NCBI GenBank assembly: GCA_024346625.1
Contig: AP024665.1
Coordinates: 1,550,001 to 1,614,000 of the forward strand
Reading direction: 5' to 3'
Length of the DNA stretch: 64,000 nucleotides
From: Williopsis jadinii
Lineage: Eukaryota
Shown here: positions 22,905 through 34,691 of the stretch, in pieces
Position numbering within the stretch: the stretch's first letter is position 1
Layout of the letters: every line of letters begins with the position of its first letter
Notes under the pieces: generated by a model
What the model saw: the letters and a program-made list of their open reading frames with translations, nothing else
Told to the model about the DNA's origin: nothing
Database searches by the model: none
Made by a program: the position numbers and the translations under genes

Positions 22905-25088
22905 TCATGCTGAGTCCAACTTCTCCAATGTGGAATAGAATCTTTTAACGTCAGGGTTAACTCTTATCTTGTCAGGATGGAAGTTCAAGATTTGTAGATT
23001 CTCCTTAGAAACGGCACGTGAAAGTGCAACGTATACTTGGCCGGCCTCGAAAACACGGTTAAGATCGACTCTGACGTAGTTCAACGTTTGACCTTGTGCC
23101 TTGTGGATGGATAAGGCCCATGATAACAATAATGGGACCTGTTTGCGTGCAATCACGGAGTGCGAATCATCGCCTCTTTCACTAACCTGGAATTCATCTG
23201 GCTCGGCTAGGAAAATACGCCCACCTGCCGGAGTCTTGAACCTAACCACTGGGAATAAAGCTGCCTCCGTCACGCTTGAAGAGAATTCAGCAGCCTTTTT
23301 AACTGCGGACTGGCGCTTTTTCATAGAGGAGATTTGTTCAATATATCTTTTGGTTTCTTCGGTTATATGGCCTTCAGCATTGCACTCTTGGATCAAATCG
23401 ATAATCTTCTTACCTTCGTTACCATCCAAGGGATCGTCAGATGATAGGAGAAAGGCAGTTCTAAGCTCGGTGTATTGCTCACTGGACAAATACCCCCACA
23501 CGACACCAACAGAACCATTGACCAATGTCTCATCAATGTTCTTCAACATCATCACTTGTGCGCCAATTTTCAATTCGAGCTCTTTCACAGCCATGGTATT
23601 TTCAAGCATCTTTGCGGCCCTATCATCAGGTGCGATGTCGTTTGCGGTGAATTTCTTGACCCTTCCTGGTAAAGCTGCTAATCTCTTTCTATTTGAATAT
23701 TCGACTTCATTTCTAGTGGAGTATAACTCTGTTGGTTGAATGCCATCCTCGTACACCACCGGTCTTGAGAGTCTCGCCAACTCAGAGCTCATTTCGTCAT
23801 CGATGTTTGCCAATCTCACAGCGTTCAATATGTTAACGAATTCAGAATCGGCCTGTCTGAAAACTTTGTGCAATAGAATTGTTCTGTTGATGTATTTCCA
23901 AGATTGTGCTTGGAAACAGAATTTCATAGCTCTGTTTTTATCAGGTACAGGTGGTAACTGGAAGAAATCTCCCGTCAAGACCAACTGAACACCCCCGAAG
24001 GGTTCTTTATAGTTTCTAACACCCTGGGCAACTTGATTTAATTTGTCCAAGAAGCTTCCATCAAGCATAGAGATCTCATCAATGATCAAAACCTTCATAA
24101 GTCTCCATCTTTCTTTGACCTCTGGTTTTTTACGAATCATTGAGATGTACGCCTGTGGTGTCCTGTCACCAATGCCCATACCCGACAATCTATTGATTGT
24201 AGAGCCACCAATGTTCACAGCTGCCAAACCTGTGGATGCGGCCACAGCAACTGCTCTGGATCCATGTTTGAGGTTCAATGCAGAGATGATTTCACGCAAG
24301 AGAAGTGACTTACCAGTACCTGCGCTACCTGTGTAGAAAACGTTCAGTCCCTTTCTAACCACAAGTTCAAGAACCAATTTCTGTTCATCGCTTAGCTTTA
24401 AATCAGAGGTTATACTTCGATGATATTGGTCTGTCTGGGCTGGTGGTGTTGCCCTCAAACGAGGGTTCTTTGTCTTGGTCAGTTTAGAAGTTTGATCCCA
24501 TGGGTTGAGAGCTCTCTTTGCAGGCGCCAACTTTTTAGATCCAAAGTTTAGAGTCTGCTGACCACCAGATCTAAGCTTAGCCAGGGTCACCAGTGGTTTG
24601 AACTGAGAAGGTTTACGTGAGTCCGTGTGCGATACATGTGTCTCGTTCATGGTGTCCCTTTCAGTTGAGAGATCCACGGTTTCTCTTGGTGTAGTGAAGG
24701 ATAACGCTGATGTTGATGGTAATGATGATGAAGACAACATCCTTGAGGCCGGAGGCTTTGAGTTCTTGAAGTTCTTTATCGGAGGATCAACCTCCACAAC
24801 ATCATCGTCTTCGTCCGTTGTGTCGAACGAAGAGCTTGTTCTGGCAAGGAAATTCATAGATGAAGTCTTCAGCTCCCTCGGAGGTTGAGATGTCGACTTG
24901 ATGTTCAGGTCGCTACCTGTGGCATCCTCTAGGGGCTTGGTCTTCGGCTCCAAGGAGGACTTGGATCTTCCCTGGAGAAAGAAGTTCAACGGCTTCTGCT
25001 GCTGACGCTTCAGAATCGGTGAAGGAGCCTTGAATGGGTTCTTGGAGAGCTTTCTCCTCTGTGACGGCGTCGACGTATGCGAAGACAT
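22905..25088 (-). CDS. RRM3: Pif1-family 5'-3' DNA helicase
   Basis: GSAGTGKS, DEISM, GDFFQLPPV, HKAQGQTL and YVALSR motifs; disordered N-terminus with PIP-like QQKPLNFF. Adjacent to SLT2 in the same orientation as YHR030C/YHR031C. Confidence 0.85.
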   Translation of the reverse strand: MSSHTSTPSQRRKLSKNPFKAPSPILKRQQQKPLNFFLQGRSKSSLEPKTKPLEDATGSDLNIKSTSQPPRELKTSSMNFLARTSSSFDTTDEDDDVVEVDPPIKNFKNSKPPASRMLSSSSLPSTSALSFTTPRETVDLSTERDTMNETHVSHTDSRKPSQFKPLVTLAKLRSGGQQTLNFGSKKLAPAKRALNPWDQTSKLTKTKNPRLRATPPAQTDQYHRSITSDLKLSDEQKLVLELVVRKGLNVFYTGSAGTGKSLLLREIISALNLKHGSRAVAVAASTGLAAVNIGGSTINRLSGMGIGDRTPQAYISMIRKKPEVKERWRLMKVLIIDEISMLDGSFLDKLNQVAQGVRNYKEPFGGVQLVLTGDFFQLPPVPDKNRAMKFCFQAQSWKYINRTILLHKVFRQADSEFVNILNAVRLANIDDEMSSELARLSRPVVYEDGIQPTELYSTRNEVEYSNRKRLAALPGRVKKFTANDIAPDDRAAKMLENTMAVKELELKIGAQVMMLKNIDETLVNGSVGVVWGYLSSEQYTELRTAFLLSSDDPLDGNEGKKIIDLIQECNAEGHITEETKRYIEQISSMKKRQSAVKKAAEFSSSVTEAALFPVVRFKTPAGGRIFLAEPDEFQVSERGDDSHSVIARKQVPLLLSWALSIHKAQGQTLNYVRVDLNRVFEAGQVYVALSRAVSKENLQILNFHPDKIRVNPDVKRFYSTLEKLDSA

Positions 25089-25154
25089 GATGATACCCCT
25101 GGTTGAAACGTAGCCGCTGTGTCAGAAAGAGCGGGCGGGTAGTGGTTTTCGTCT

Positions 25155-25259
25155 TTGTTTACGTTTTGTTGTGTGTACGCAATGTATTTTTTTGTGTTTT
25201 TGTTTGCTTTGGTTTTCGTGAATTCCATCGCGATTTTCCGTGTTTTCAGTATCGCGCGT
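25155..25259. promoter_or_regulatory. Candidate cell-cycle elements upstream of RRM3
   Basis: TTGTTTAC (Fkh, 25155), TTTCGTG (SCB, 25214) and CGCG cores TCGCGA (25228) and CGCGCGT (25253), all within 170 nt of the ATG. Confidence 0.4.
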
Positions 25260-25889
25260 AGTAACTCTGGAGGATCTCTTCGTGATCAGAATTGGTATAA
25301 CGGTGGAAGCGACTAGTAATCTCGTAATGGCTTCGAGTGCACGTGTTAATCAACCGTGTGAATTAATACCTGTTTTAAGAGAAGCATTATTACCAATTAA
25401 ATGGGGTATAGATCTATATGCCCACGGTGTTAATTTCCTGAATAAAAAAATGACTCCAGTTTGTTTTCGCATAATCAATAAATTAGTCAAAGATATTAAT
25501 GATAATTGTTTCAAATTCTTAAGCTATAACCCGTGAACTGAGCTTTTCCATAGTAAACTAACCACAGGCCAAGGGATCAATTCACACGATTATCCGTATC
25601 ACCAGTTTACCCACAACGACGCCCTACTGGAGGAAAGTCCGTGCCCATGTTTGTGTCATAAAACATCCCAACACCAAGAGCTTGAATGGCCGTCACCGTG
25701 GTTACCAACGCTTGGTGGGCAAAAAGCGTAAACAATTCTGCCAAAATGGTACACGGGCAAATAGCCCTGTGGCGCGTAACAATCAACCCTCCTCCCTTTC
25801 CGTACACAAACATTTCACCACACAAGGGAAAAGTTTTATATACACACAGAGAGAGAGCGAGAGAGAGGAAACACATCAAAACCTACTGA

Positions 25890-26857
25890 ATGGGCGATAG
25901 ATACTACAGTGGACATGCGAAGATGGAGTGTGAGTGTAATTGTCTCTGCACGTTTCTTGTGTTGCGAGCATGAAAGCGTGGTGATTACAGAAGGATAACT
26001 AACCATAGGGGTGTGAATTAGATGCTCCAGCGCCAATGATGATAAACAACTCTACCAACAACAGTACGAATAATCCCAACAAGAAGGACAAGAGGAGGGC
26101 CACGATCCTGTCCAAACTGTACAAGCTCGAGGAGTCGTTCTGCGTGGATAGAGACTATTACTACCGCGGCATGCTTCAGACACTCCAGCAGAAGCTCATG
26201 ACTGCGCACGCGGGCACCAATGAGGAGCTGAAGGAGAAGTACCTGGATCTGGAGGAAGAGAGGGACTACGAGCTTGTAAGGTTAAGACTATGGGAAGAGT
26301 ACCAGGCAGATAGGGCCGAAAAGGAGTTCCAGGAAGCGGTTGAAAAGGCCAACAAGGAGCACGACGAGATGGTGAAGGTTGTCAAGGAAAGATTATATGC
26401 ATCTTTGGAGAAACAGATCAAGCAGCTCAAAGAGGATAAAGTGCTCTTGGACATGGCCAACTCGCACTCTTATAACATGGATACAACGATCGATTTGCAC
26501 AAGAACACCAGGTCTCAGCAGAGCTTGAAGGAATCATCGATATCGACGATGGGGTATGGGAGTGATCGTACCCGTGCACACAGACGTCGACACGACTACA
26601 CCTCTCAAGCTGAAGACACCAACGCCAGTGCGAACGAATCTGGCAACACATCCGCTGCTGGAGGCGGGAGACGTAAGAAGACGAGGTATTCCAGTGCAGA
26701 GGAGAGCTGGCTAAGCGATGGAGATCTCAGCTCTCTGTTATTTGGAGATAGAAAGGACAAGCCATCCACGAGACACTCGAATAAGAGTTACCAGCCACCA
26801 AACTCCTTGAAGAATGAAGAGATATCCGAGGATTTGAACTTCTTACGAGGCCTTTGA
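25890..26857 (+). CDS. SDS3: Rpd3L HDAC complex subunit Sds3; probable exons 25890-25929 and 26022-26857
   Basis: Sds3-like coiled coil (DLEEERDYELVRLRLWEEYQ; C-terminal EISEDLNFL). Candidate intron 25930-26021 (GTGAGT...AACTAAC...TAG) joins in frame; the minimal ORF starts at 26036. Confidence 0.85.
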
Positions 26858-27079
26858 ACATACGATGCAATATAACATGAGATAATATAACATGAGATAA
26901 TATAATATAATATAATCTTTGCCTTACGTACCGGCTCATCTCGAGGGAGATTTTATAGCGTGGCCCACAACCCATCGGTGCACACACGGGAAAAACAGAG
27001 GCTGTGTTTACTTCAGGACCTTGTTGATAAGCACGAGATAGCCAGAAGCACCAAGAAGAGGTGGGATTGAACCGAGAGA

Positions 27080-28732
27080 ATGCTCAGACTCGCAAGGCTG
27101 TCGCAAAACATCATAGTTCTGCTCAAAAGGAGAGTATCGCTGCGAAGCTACGTGCTTCCGCTCTATTTAATACTCATCTGTTTGATACTCATCGCTGTGG
27201 TAGCGGTAGGTTCAATTACGCTGATCCTGGTGCTGAGGGACAAGAGGCAACTTGAAGCTGGATTACCCTCTCATCAGATCTTCCCAGGGGATCATGACGA
27301 CGTGTTCTTCGACGGCTGTTCAGACCCCCAGTGGTTGTCGCCCGAGAGAGCTGATGCGTCCTTGGTGATGCTGGCTAGAAACGAAGAGCTTGACGGTGTT
27401 ATCAAGAGCATGATGTCCTTGGAGAGACATTTCAACCAATGGTTCCACTATCCATGGGTGTTGATAAACGATGAGGAATTTACCGAGGAGTTCAAGTCAA
27501 CTGTGAGGAACTACACCGCATCAACAGTGGAGTTTGGCACCATACCCGAAGAGTTATGGGAATTCCCTGAGGACGTGAAGGAAACACCTCTCTTCAAGCA
27601 GGCTGTTGAATTGCAGGGTGACAAGGGGATAATGTATGGCAACAAGGTCTCATATCACAAGATGTGTCGATTCTTCTCAGGTGGGTTCTACAGGCACCCT
27701 TTGGTGAGGAAACATCAATGGTACTGGAGAGTAGAGCCGGATGTCGAGTTCTTTTGTGATATACCTTACGATCCATTCATGGAGATGCAGAGACGTGGAA
27801 AGAAGTATGGATTTGTCATTATGATCGAAGAGTTTAGCGATACTATCCCTAATCTGTTCAGGGCAACTAGAGCATGGCTTAGAGAGACTGGATTCGAGCC
27901 TAGATCCTCCTGGAAGTTGTTTGTGAAGAACATGATGAGCAAAGTGAAGATCCCTGATCTTAAGAGACAGGAAAGATGGTATGCAAATATCGATAATTTC
28001 TGGAACATTGCAAGCCGTGTAAGAGAAGTGCTCCTTGTTGAGGATCTGCTACGCAACGTGAAGAAAGAGTTCTCATCAAAGGGGAAGTCTGGTACGTTGA
28101 TGACAGATGACGATATCCCAGAGGATCACATCAGAGAACTTGTGGCATTTGCAAAGGATAGGGGCAGACTACCCGGCTTATCAGGGGAAAGAATTGACGG
28201 TCAGGAGTACAACTTGAACCATTTCTGGTCCAATTTTGAGATTGCTCGTGTCGATCTTTGGGATAATCCCATATACGAGTCCTATTTCCAATTCTTGGAA
28301 AAGCAAGGTGGCTTTTACTCAGAGCGTTGGGGTGATGCACCTGTCCATTCATTAGCTGTTGGATTTATGTTGGATATCAGCGAAATTCACTACTTCAGAG
28401 ATTTGGGCTACCAACACAGCGTAATAAGACACTGTCCTGCAAACCATCCAAATCAGACTCCATACGAACCTTCAGAGGAATATTTACAGATGCCAGGATA
28501 CAGCTCTAAATACGACAGTTTTTGGAAGCATTTGAGTCCCGTTAAGGACTATGGCCAAGGCTGTCGCTGTCGTTGTCCAAAGTCCACTTATGACGTTGAA
28601 GATAACGATTTCTTACAGAATTGGTTTGAAATGATTCAAGAAGGATGGTATGATGTTAGAGAGGACATTAACGTCAGAGATATCGAAAAACGTACAAAGA
28701 AAGAGCTGAGGGATCAGAGCAAGCTGATTTGA
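27080..28732 (+). CDS. KTR7: GT15 alpha-1,2-mannosyltransferase, Ktr5/Ktr7-like
   Basis: Type II TM helix; LARNEEL, SYHKMCRFFSG, YWRVEP, HFWSNFEI and ERWGDAPVHS motifs. The long insertion and the position downstream of SDS3 match the KTR7/KTR5 clade. Confidence 0.8.
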   Translation: MLRLARLSQNIIVLLKRRVSLRSYVLPLYLILICLILIAVVAVGSITLILVLRDKRQLEAGLPSHQIFPGDHDDVFFDGCSDPQWLSPERADASLVMLARNEELDGVIKSMMSLERHFNQWFHYPWVLINDEEFTEEFKSTVRNYTASTVEFGTIPEELWEFPEDVKETPLFKQAVELQGDKGIMYGNKVSYHKMCRFFSGGFYRHPLVRKHQWYWRVEPDVEFFCDIPYDPFMEMQRRGKKYGFVIMIEEFSDTIPNLFRATRAWLRETGFEPRSSWKLFVKNMMSKVKIPDLKRQERWYANIDNFWNIASRVREVLLVEDLLRNVKKEFSSKGKSGTLMTDDDIPEDHIRELVAFAKDRGRLPGLSGERIDGQEYNLNHFWSNFEIARVDLWDNPIYESYFQFLEKQGGFYSERWGDAPVHSLAVGFMLDISEIHYFRDLGYQHSVIRHCPANHPNQTPYEPSEEYLQMPGYSSKYDSFWKHLSPVKDYGQGCRCRCPKSTYDVEDNDFLQNWFEMIQEGWYDVREDINVRDIEKRTKKELRDQSKLI

Positions 28733-29667
28733 AACCTTGTACGATAAAAGTGCATGTGTTGAAGCTCATTGGTGTGTTTGAAATTGCATATTCACAGGTA
28801 CAGGGAAAGAGGAAAGGGGTCAATTTAAGAGGCTGTACATCACGTTTGTAAATAAACGATGTTATAGCGAAAACTTCTATATGGTGTATCAAAGGAGTAT
28901 GCTGTTATAAATGTACGTCGTCTTGTTTCGAATGCATTGTAATGTATGAGTGTCCACATGATGAGGATCAAAGGATCACCGTGGAGGAGTGGCACTATTC
29001 CCACTCTTCCATTGATGCCATTGGACAAGTGTGGACACCTGAGCACTGTGAAATGTTGACCTTTTGAGGCCCAGAAGGACCTCTATGGCTGTCAAATGTC
29101 CAATACCACCAGCTGTGTGAAAACCTGTAAACCTTTGACTTTGAGATGCTACATATGTACACTTCTTCGGCTTGGTTCATTGCAACATACAGAGTCTCTG
29201 TCATAATCTGAAGGTTCTTCTTACGAAAACACCGTCGTTATGCTCAATCTGTTGTAGTTTTTATGATATTCTAAGAGCAATTAAGACTCAAGCACAGAGC
29301 TCGAAAGCACACCCTAGTTCCACTGAATCTTTCAGTAAATAGATCAACAGATCAGCCATTGGCTCGCTTCCTATAGGAAGTGAGATCTGAATATGTGGTG
29401 AATGTGCATTGCAGGTTTGAACATAACTAAGACAGGATACACGAAGCCATGTATCGTCTGGTGGGCTCGACTTGTGCCATATGTGTACTTCTCATATGCC
29501 ACGCTGAAGCAAGCTCAACTTTCAAACGAATAAACGCAGATCTGTAGTGATGTGTGGATCTACAGCTCCCTCAAAGCAAGGGTATATAAACGTCCTTCAC
29601 TCCAGCACCAGAGACGACAAAATGACGTACATTATACAATCATAACTAGTAAAACAAAAGGAAAAGG

Positions 29668-31146
29668 ATGAAGTTACTACCGTTGTTCATGGCAGCTGGT
29701 GCATTTGCACAGTTATCCCTGGACATTGACATTGTAAGAGGTGAAAGCTTTGAAACAGCAAAGAGAGACACTCAGTCTTTTGATCGCTTGTACAAAAGAG
29801 ATGACACTGTTGATCTGACCTTGTACAACAAGGAGGTTTACTACTCAGTTGATCTGAAACTTGCTGGCCAAAGCTTTAAAGTGTTGCTGGACACAGGCTC
29901 AAGTGATCTCTGGGTCTATGGAGCTAATAACCCGTACTGTAGAGCCAACAATGGACACTCCAATAGGGAAAGACTCGTTGATGCTTCGCCAAAGAATCTT
30001 TGGAATCTTGGAACTCCAAGTGTTGACAAGAGAGACAGAAGTGATGCCAGAGATGTTGATCCTGCAGAGGCAACCATTGACTGCGAGAGCAGTGGTGTCT
30101 TCCAAGACAATGGCGATAATTTCAAAGATAATAGGAAACCGTTCTTCATCCAATACGGTGATTATAGCTTTGCACTGGGCCGTTGGGGCAGTTCCAGGCT
30201 GGAAGTCTCTGGTGCCTCTTTGGTAGACTTCACGTTTGGTTTGGCAAACTTGACCAACAGTAGTGCTCCCGTTTTCGGCATTGGTTACGTTGGCAATGAA
30301 GCATCTCATGGTCAATTCATGCAGCAGTACGGGGGTACTTTCGAATACGATAACTTCCCCTTAGCGTTGAAAAACCAGGGTATTATCCAGAGAAACTTGT
30401 ATTCTCTGTATCTGAACTCAGGAAATGCCAATGGTAAGATCCTATTTGGTGCCATTGACCACGCTAAGCATCAAGGAGACCTGGTAACGTTACCATTGGT
30501 GAATGTATACGCCGATTATGGCTTCGCTAAGCCTATCACCTTTGACGTTGAGATCCAATCTCTAGGTATTACCATAAATGGCGAGGAATCATCAATCTTT
30601 GATGGAACCATATCTGCCGGTCTCTTGGATTCCGGTACAACTGTTAACTATTTACCACCGCGTGCTGTTCAGAGCCTTGCTGATAAGCTGAATGCAGAAT
30701 GGGACGACACAATCGGCTGGTATGTCACTGATTGTCCAGCAGAGTCTACAGGCATAACTTTGGACTTTCACTTCCAAGGAGTCGCCATCCAGATTCCTCT
30801 CAACGATATGCTTGGAGCTGTTGATAGCACTCAAGTACGTTGTGCCGTTCTAGTCCGTCCTTCCAGCAGGGTCATCCTCGGTGACACCTTCTTGAGACAC
30901 GCATACGTCGTCTACGATTTGGACGGCTACCAAGTTCAATTGGCACCCGTAAAGATCACCGATTCACAGCAAGTTGAAGTGATAAGTGCCGAATACAGTG
31001 CAAAGAAGTTTGGAAAACGGGCCGACTCTAACTCGACTGGTTTATCGTTATCTTCATCAAGTGCGAATGATGCATCATCTAATGCATTGGACTCCGCCAC
31101 GCGCCTGTTAACTTCTATGTCCGTCTTCCTCTTGGCTCTGTTTTAG
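29668..31146 (+). CDS. GPI-anchored yapsin-type aspartyl protease (copy 1)
   Basis: Signal peptide, KR propeptide sites, catalytic LLDTGSSD and LLDSGTT, ILGDTFLRHAY, Ser-rich stalk and hydrophobic C-terminus; TATATAAA at 29583. Confidence 0.9.
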   Translation: MKLLPLFMAAGAFAQLSLDIDIVRGESFETAKRDTQSFDRLYKRDDTVDLTLYNKEVYYSVDLKLAGQSFKVLLDTGSSDLWVYGANNPYCRANNGHSNRERLVDASPKNLWNLGTPSVDKRDRSDARDVDPAEATIDCESSGVFQDNGDNFKDNRKPFFIQYGDYSFALGRWGSSRLEVSGASLVDFTFGLANLTNSSAPVFGIGYVGNEASHGQFMQQYGGTFEYDNFPLALKNQGIIQRNLYSLYLNSGNANGKILFGAIDHAKHQGDLVTLPLVNVYADYGFAKPITFDVEIQSLGITINGEESSIFDGTISAGLLDSGTTVNYLPPRAVQSLADKLNAEWDDTIGWYVTDCPAESTGITLDFHFQGVAIQIPLNDMLGAVDSTQVRCAVLVRPSSRVILGDTFLRHAYVVYDLDGYQVQLAPVKITDSQQVEVISAEYSAKKFGKRADSNSTGLSLSSSSANDASSNALDSATRLLTSMSVFLLALF

Positions 31147-31591
31147 ATAAAAGATACAGCCATTGTTCTGGAAGAGGCGTGTCAAGCCTCGCCGTGGTCA
31201 TTGATGAACACCCAGCTGATTGAAGATTCAGTTCCTTCCAATTGTAGCGTATATGCCATTGTAACAGATTTATCAACATTTCGAAAGTTATGAATGAAGA
31301 GTAGACAGAAGTTAATGGGAGATAGGCCAAAATTTGGACTACAGACAAGAGGCGGAGCTCCAATGAGTGATCGCTTTGCTTCATTCCTCGGTAAGTTTCC
31401 ATGTAAATACCATGTACTATCTTCATTAAGCGTTATTTGGACCTTCAACATTAGCTTCAATAACAAGATAATGAACATGACCAAGATAGCAGCACAGCCT
31501 TGACGCCATTACAATTTAAACTGGTTATATTCTTTGTAAAATGCTATGATTCCATAGAAATAGGCCAATATTCTATAGCAGACCATAGACA

Positions 31592-33282
31592 ATGAGATTG
31601 GTTCCTGTTATTGTTGCGTTAGTGGGTGCGTCAGTAGCTCTTGCACAAGTCTCTGTGAATTTTAACATCCTCAGAGGAAGAGATATCCACACCGCTCAAA
31701 AGAGATCATTTGGTAAAAGAGATGGTGGTATAGTTAGAGCTAATATATTAGATGAGCAGGTGTTTTATGCAGCCAATATTACCATAGCTGGTGCCGAGTA
31801 TAGTGTTTTGATAGATACTGGTTCTAGTGATTTGTGGGTCTACGGTTCTACAAACCCTTACTGCACGTCTAATGGGGGAACCAGGAAGGAGAGGCTTCAC
31901 GGATTCTCACCAGCTGACCTTTGGAGGCTACAGGGAACAAATATTGACTCCGCTCAAAGGCCAGCTGGTGTCCATTCAGAGAACCTGAAGCCAGATATCA
32001 CTCCAACCGTGGAGAAAAGAGGTTTCTCAACATCTATATCACAATCAGAAGCAACAATTGATTTTGAAATGTTTGGTGTATTCGATACTGAATCACAACA
32101 ATGGAGCACAGATGGTCAATTGTTTCTCATACAGTACGTTGATATGACGTATGCGATTGGTTATTACGGTACCTCTGTGGTCTCATTTGGTAACGCTACC
32201 CTTGATGGATTGACCTTTGCAGTTGCGAATACATCTAACGCATCTACTTCAATCTGTGGGATCGGTTTCGAAGGCAACGAAGCTTCCACAGGCACATATA
32301 TGGATAATTTTGGTGGTGCTTTTTAATATCAAAATTATCCTTCTGCGCTAAAAGCTTCAGGTCTGATAGCAAGAAACATGTATTCCATGTGGATGGATTC
32401 AGACACAGCTGAAGGTGTTGTTCTCTTCGGTGCAATCGACCACTCTAAGTATCTTGGTGATTTGGCTACAATGTCACTACTCAATTACTACATTGACAGT
32501 GGCTTTGAGCAGCCTGTTACATTCGATGTCAGTCTCAACAGCTTATCCCTGAGCGATGGTGAGACAAGAGTCAATGTGCTTAGCGAAACGCAGAGCTGTC
32601 TCTTAGACTCCGGTACTTCGTTTACATATCTTCCAGAAAGCGTCGTGAATGGTATTGCCAGCTCACTGGATGCCACTTATGATAAGAAACAAGGCTTTTA
32701 CGTTATCGACTGTCCAAGGTCTACTACCGGTATCAATTTCACCTTCTCTTTTGATACCATTGATATTCAAGTCCCATTAGACGATTTTCTTGTTGCTGTT
32801 GACGACTCACGCAAAACATGTGCTATCGTTTCAACAGGCTCTAGTCGTTGTATCCTTGGCGACACTTTCCTTAGAAGTGTCTATGTTGTTCATGATTTGG
32901 ACGGTCTCCAGGTACAAATGGCCCCTGTAAATATGACAGTAGTAATATGGGTGATGGTGTTGAAATGGTCGGCTCTGTTGGTCCAACTGCAAGTGATGGT
33001 TCAACACCAACAGCGCATTTGACCATGACAGTTCCTGGTTCTGCATCGGCTGTGAATTCACAGCTTGTTACCGATGAAGTTCAGGGTATAAAGTCTTCCA
33101 CTCCAATCACAGAGTCCAGTGGCACCACTCTACTTAGCGTCATCAGTGGCTCTACAAATGGTCTTTCTTCTAGGACAGCTACTGGTTCTAGCAGTCCATA
33201 TGCACAGTCGTCTGCTAACATTGGTTGCAATCGTTCTGATTTTTCCCTCTTGAGCATTATAGCTCTCTTTATTTTGTTTTGA
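31592..33282 (+). pseudogene. Disrupted yapsin, close paralog of 38876-40849 (type A)
   Basis: In-frame TAA at 32324-32326 (GAF*YQNYP versus GPFQYQNYP in the paralog). Frameshift near 32930-32946 before the GPI tail. A conserved Cys is replaced (TIDF versus TIDC). Both DTG and DSG motifs are still present. Confidence 0.85.
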
Positions 33283-33819
33283 TCATAGAGTTTATTTCTA
33301 TGTTAGTTTAGATGTTGATCTTCAAATTGAAATATCACTACTTTATCTGTAGAGTGGCGTTTTGATGTAGAACTTATGCAACGTGCACGAGATATTACAT
33401 ATCCTTGCAAGTGAGTGATCCCCCTAATGTGAACAAATATAAGCATATGCCGATATAATGTGTTATTCATAACATTTAGGCAATAGAAAAAGGTTCCTAG
33501 TTGTGGAAGCATGTGTGAAATATGGCAGATCATCATAAAAAAGGCCAGCTGTATCTTGAGCCCGTACTAGAAAAACCATAATCTATTGTTAATTCATTAT
33601 CCTCACGTACAAAGGATTATATTGTACGTCAAGTGCATGTAGATGCGTCAATATGGGAGATTCTTCAGAATATTCTTGCTGGGAATATCTCCAAAGACTA
33701 TGTTTAACTAGAAATTGATTCGAAAGAATGCAATACAAGGAAAAAGGATGAAGTCATCAAAGCAACTTTATGCATGTTGGCTAGTGTCTATCATGCAGGT
33801 GTTGTACGAATGAAAGCTA

Positions 33820-34360
33820 ATCCGTGTTAAATATTTCAACATACCGAATTTGAAAGGGAATGTAAAAAGCGGATTCTTTTAACGTGCTGAGTAACCCAAA
33901 GCAGGTGTATTCGTCCATCTTTTGCCGAAGCAAAGGGTATGCTTTCAAGTTGTCAGACCAACAATGTAGGTTTAAAATATTTCCAAAGTCTTCAAGGAAG
34001 CAACGCACCTTACAGAGATTTTCAGATTGCCTCCTTGAGACAATGCCAGGACATTGGAGTAACGTTGAAGCTTTCCCGTTAAAACAAGGCATTCGTAAGA
34101 GATCTAGAAAAGTTGCATGGTTTTCAAGGCCAATGACAAACTGGTAAAGTGTTGTTTACATCGTAAGAAACAGTGAGATCTTCCACCCTGCGTTGCATTG
34201 CCTGCGTCTGAGGGTATAAAAGAAGCTTCAATACTAGCAACATACTCTTGGAGATAGGAGTGGGAATGTCAAAGAGTTGACAGCGTATCAATGGAAGAAT
34301 AAACAATGGTGAAATGAACATTACCTTAAACAAACTCACCTGTGGTACAAACAATGTATT
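33820..34360 (-). mobile_element. Degenerate hAT-family transposase remnant (C-terminal dimerisation domain)
   Basis: 33963-33862 translates as CWSDNLKAYPLLRQKMDEYTCFGLLSTLKESAF, with the spacing of the hAT dimerisation consensus WWxxNxxxYPxL...SxxxERxFS. Upstream LLLYPQTQ resembles the hAT LDPR motif. Boundaries are approximate. Confidence 0.55.
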
Positions 34361-34691
34361 GAAAGTTCAATCTAGTTCAATCAGAACAACGCCTGAAGGT
34401 TGTAAAGCACTGCATGATGATCACGTCGTGTCTTCAAATAAGATCTCCAATTTTTCCTCACATGTAAGTTATGGCCTCATGAAGTATTATTGGACGCACA
34501 TATATACGAGTTCTCGATACGCATGCAGCTCTAAAATTGCTCGATACGTAACCAAACAATTAATACTACTATTGCAGGTGTTGGGGCCTGAGAGTTTAGT
34601 GAAACTTATATAAACGCTTCGAAAGACACGTTGTAGACATCTTCGACATGTCCAGTTGCTCCAGAAGAAGTTCAAAATCCCGTATAAGATC

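Noticed and set aside
26868..26916. (AATATAACATGAGAT)x2 plus (TATAA)n after SDS3
   Set aside because: Ordinary AT-rich 3'-end or slippage repeat.
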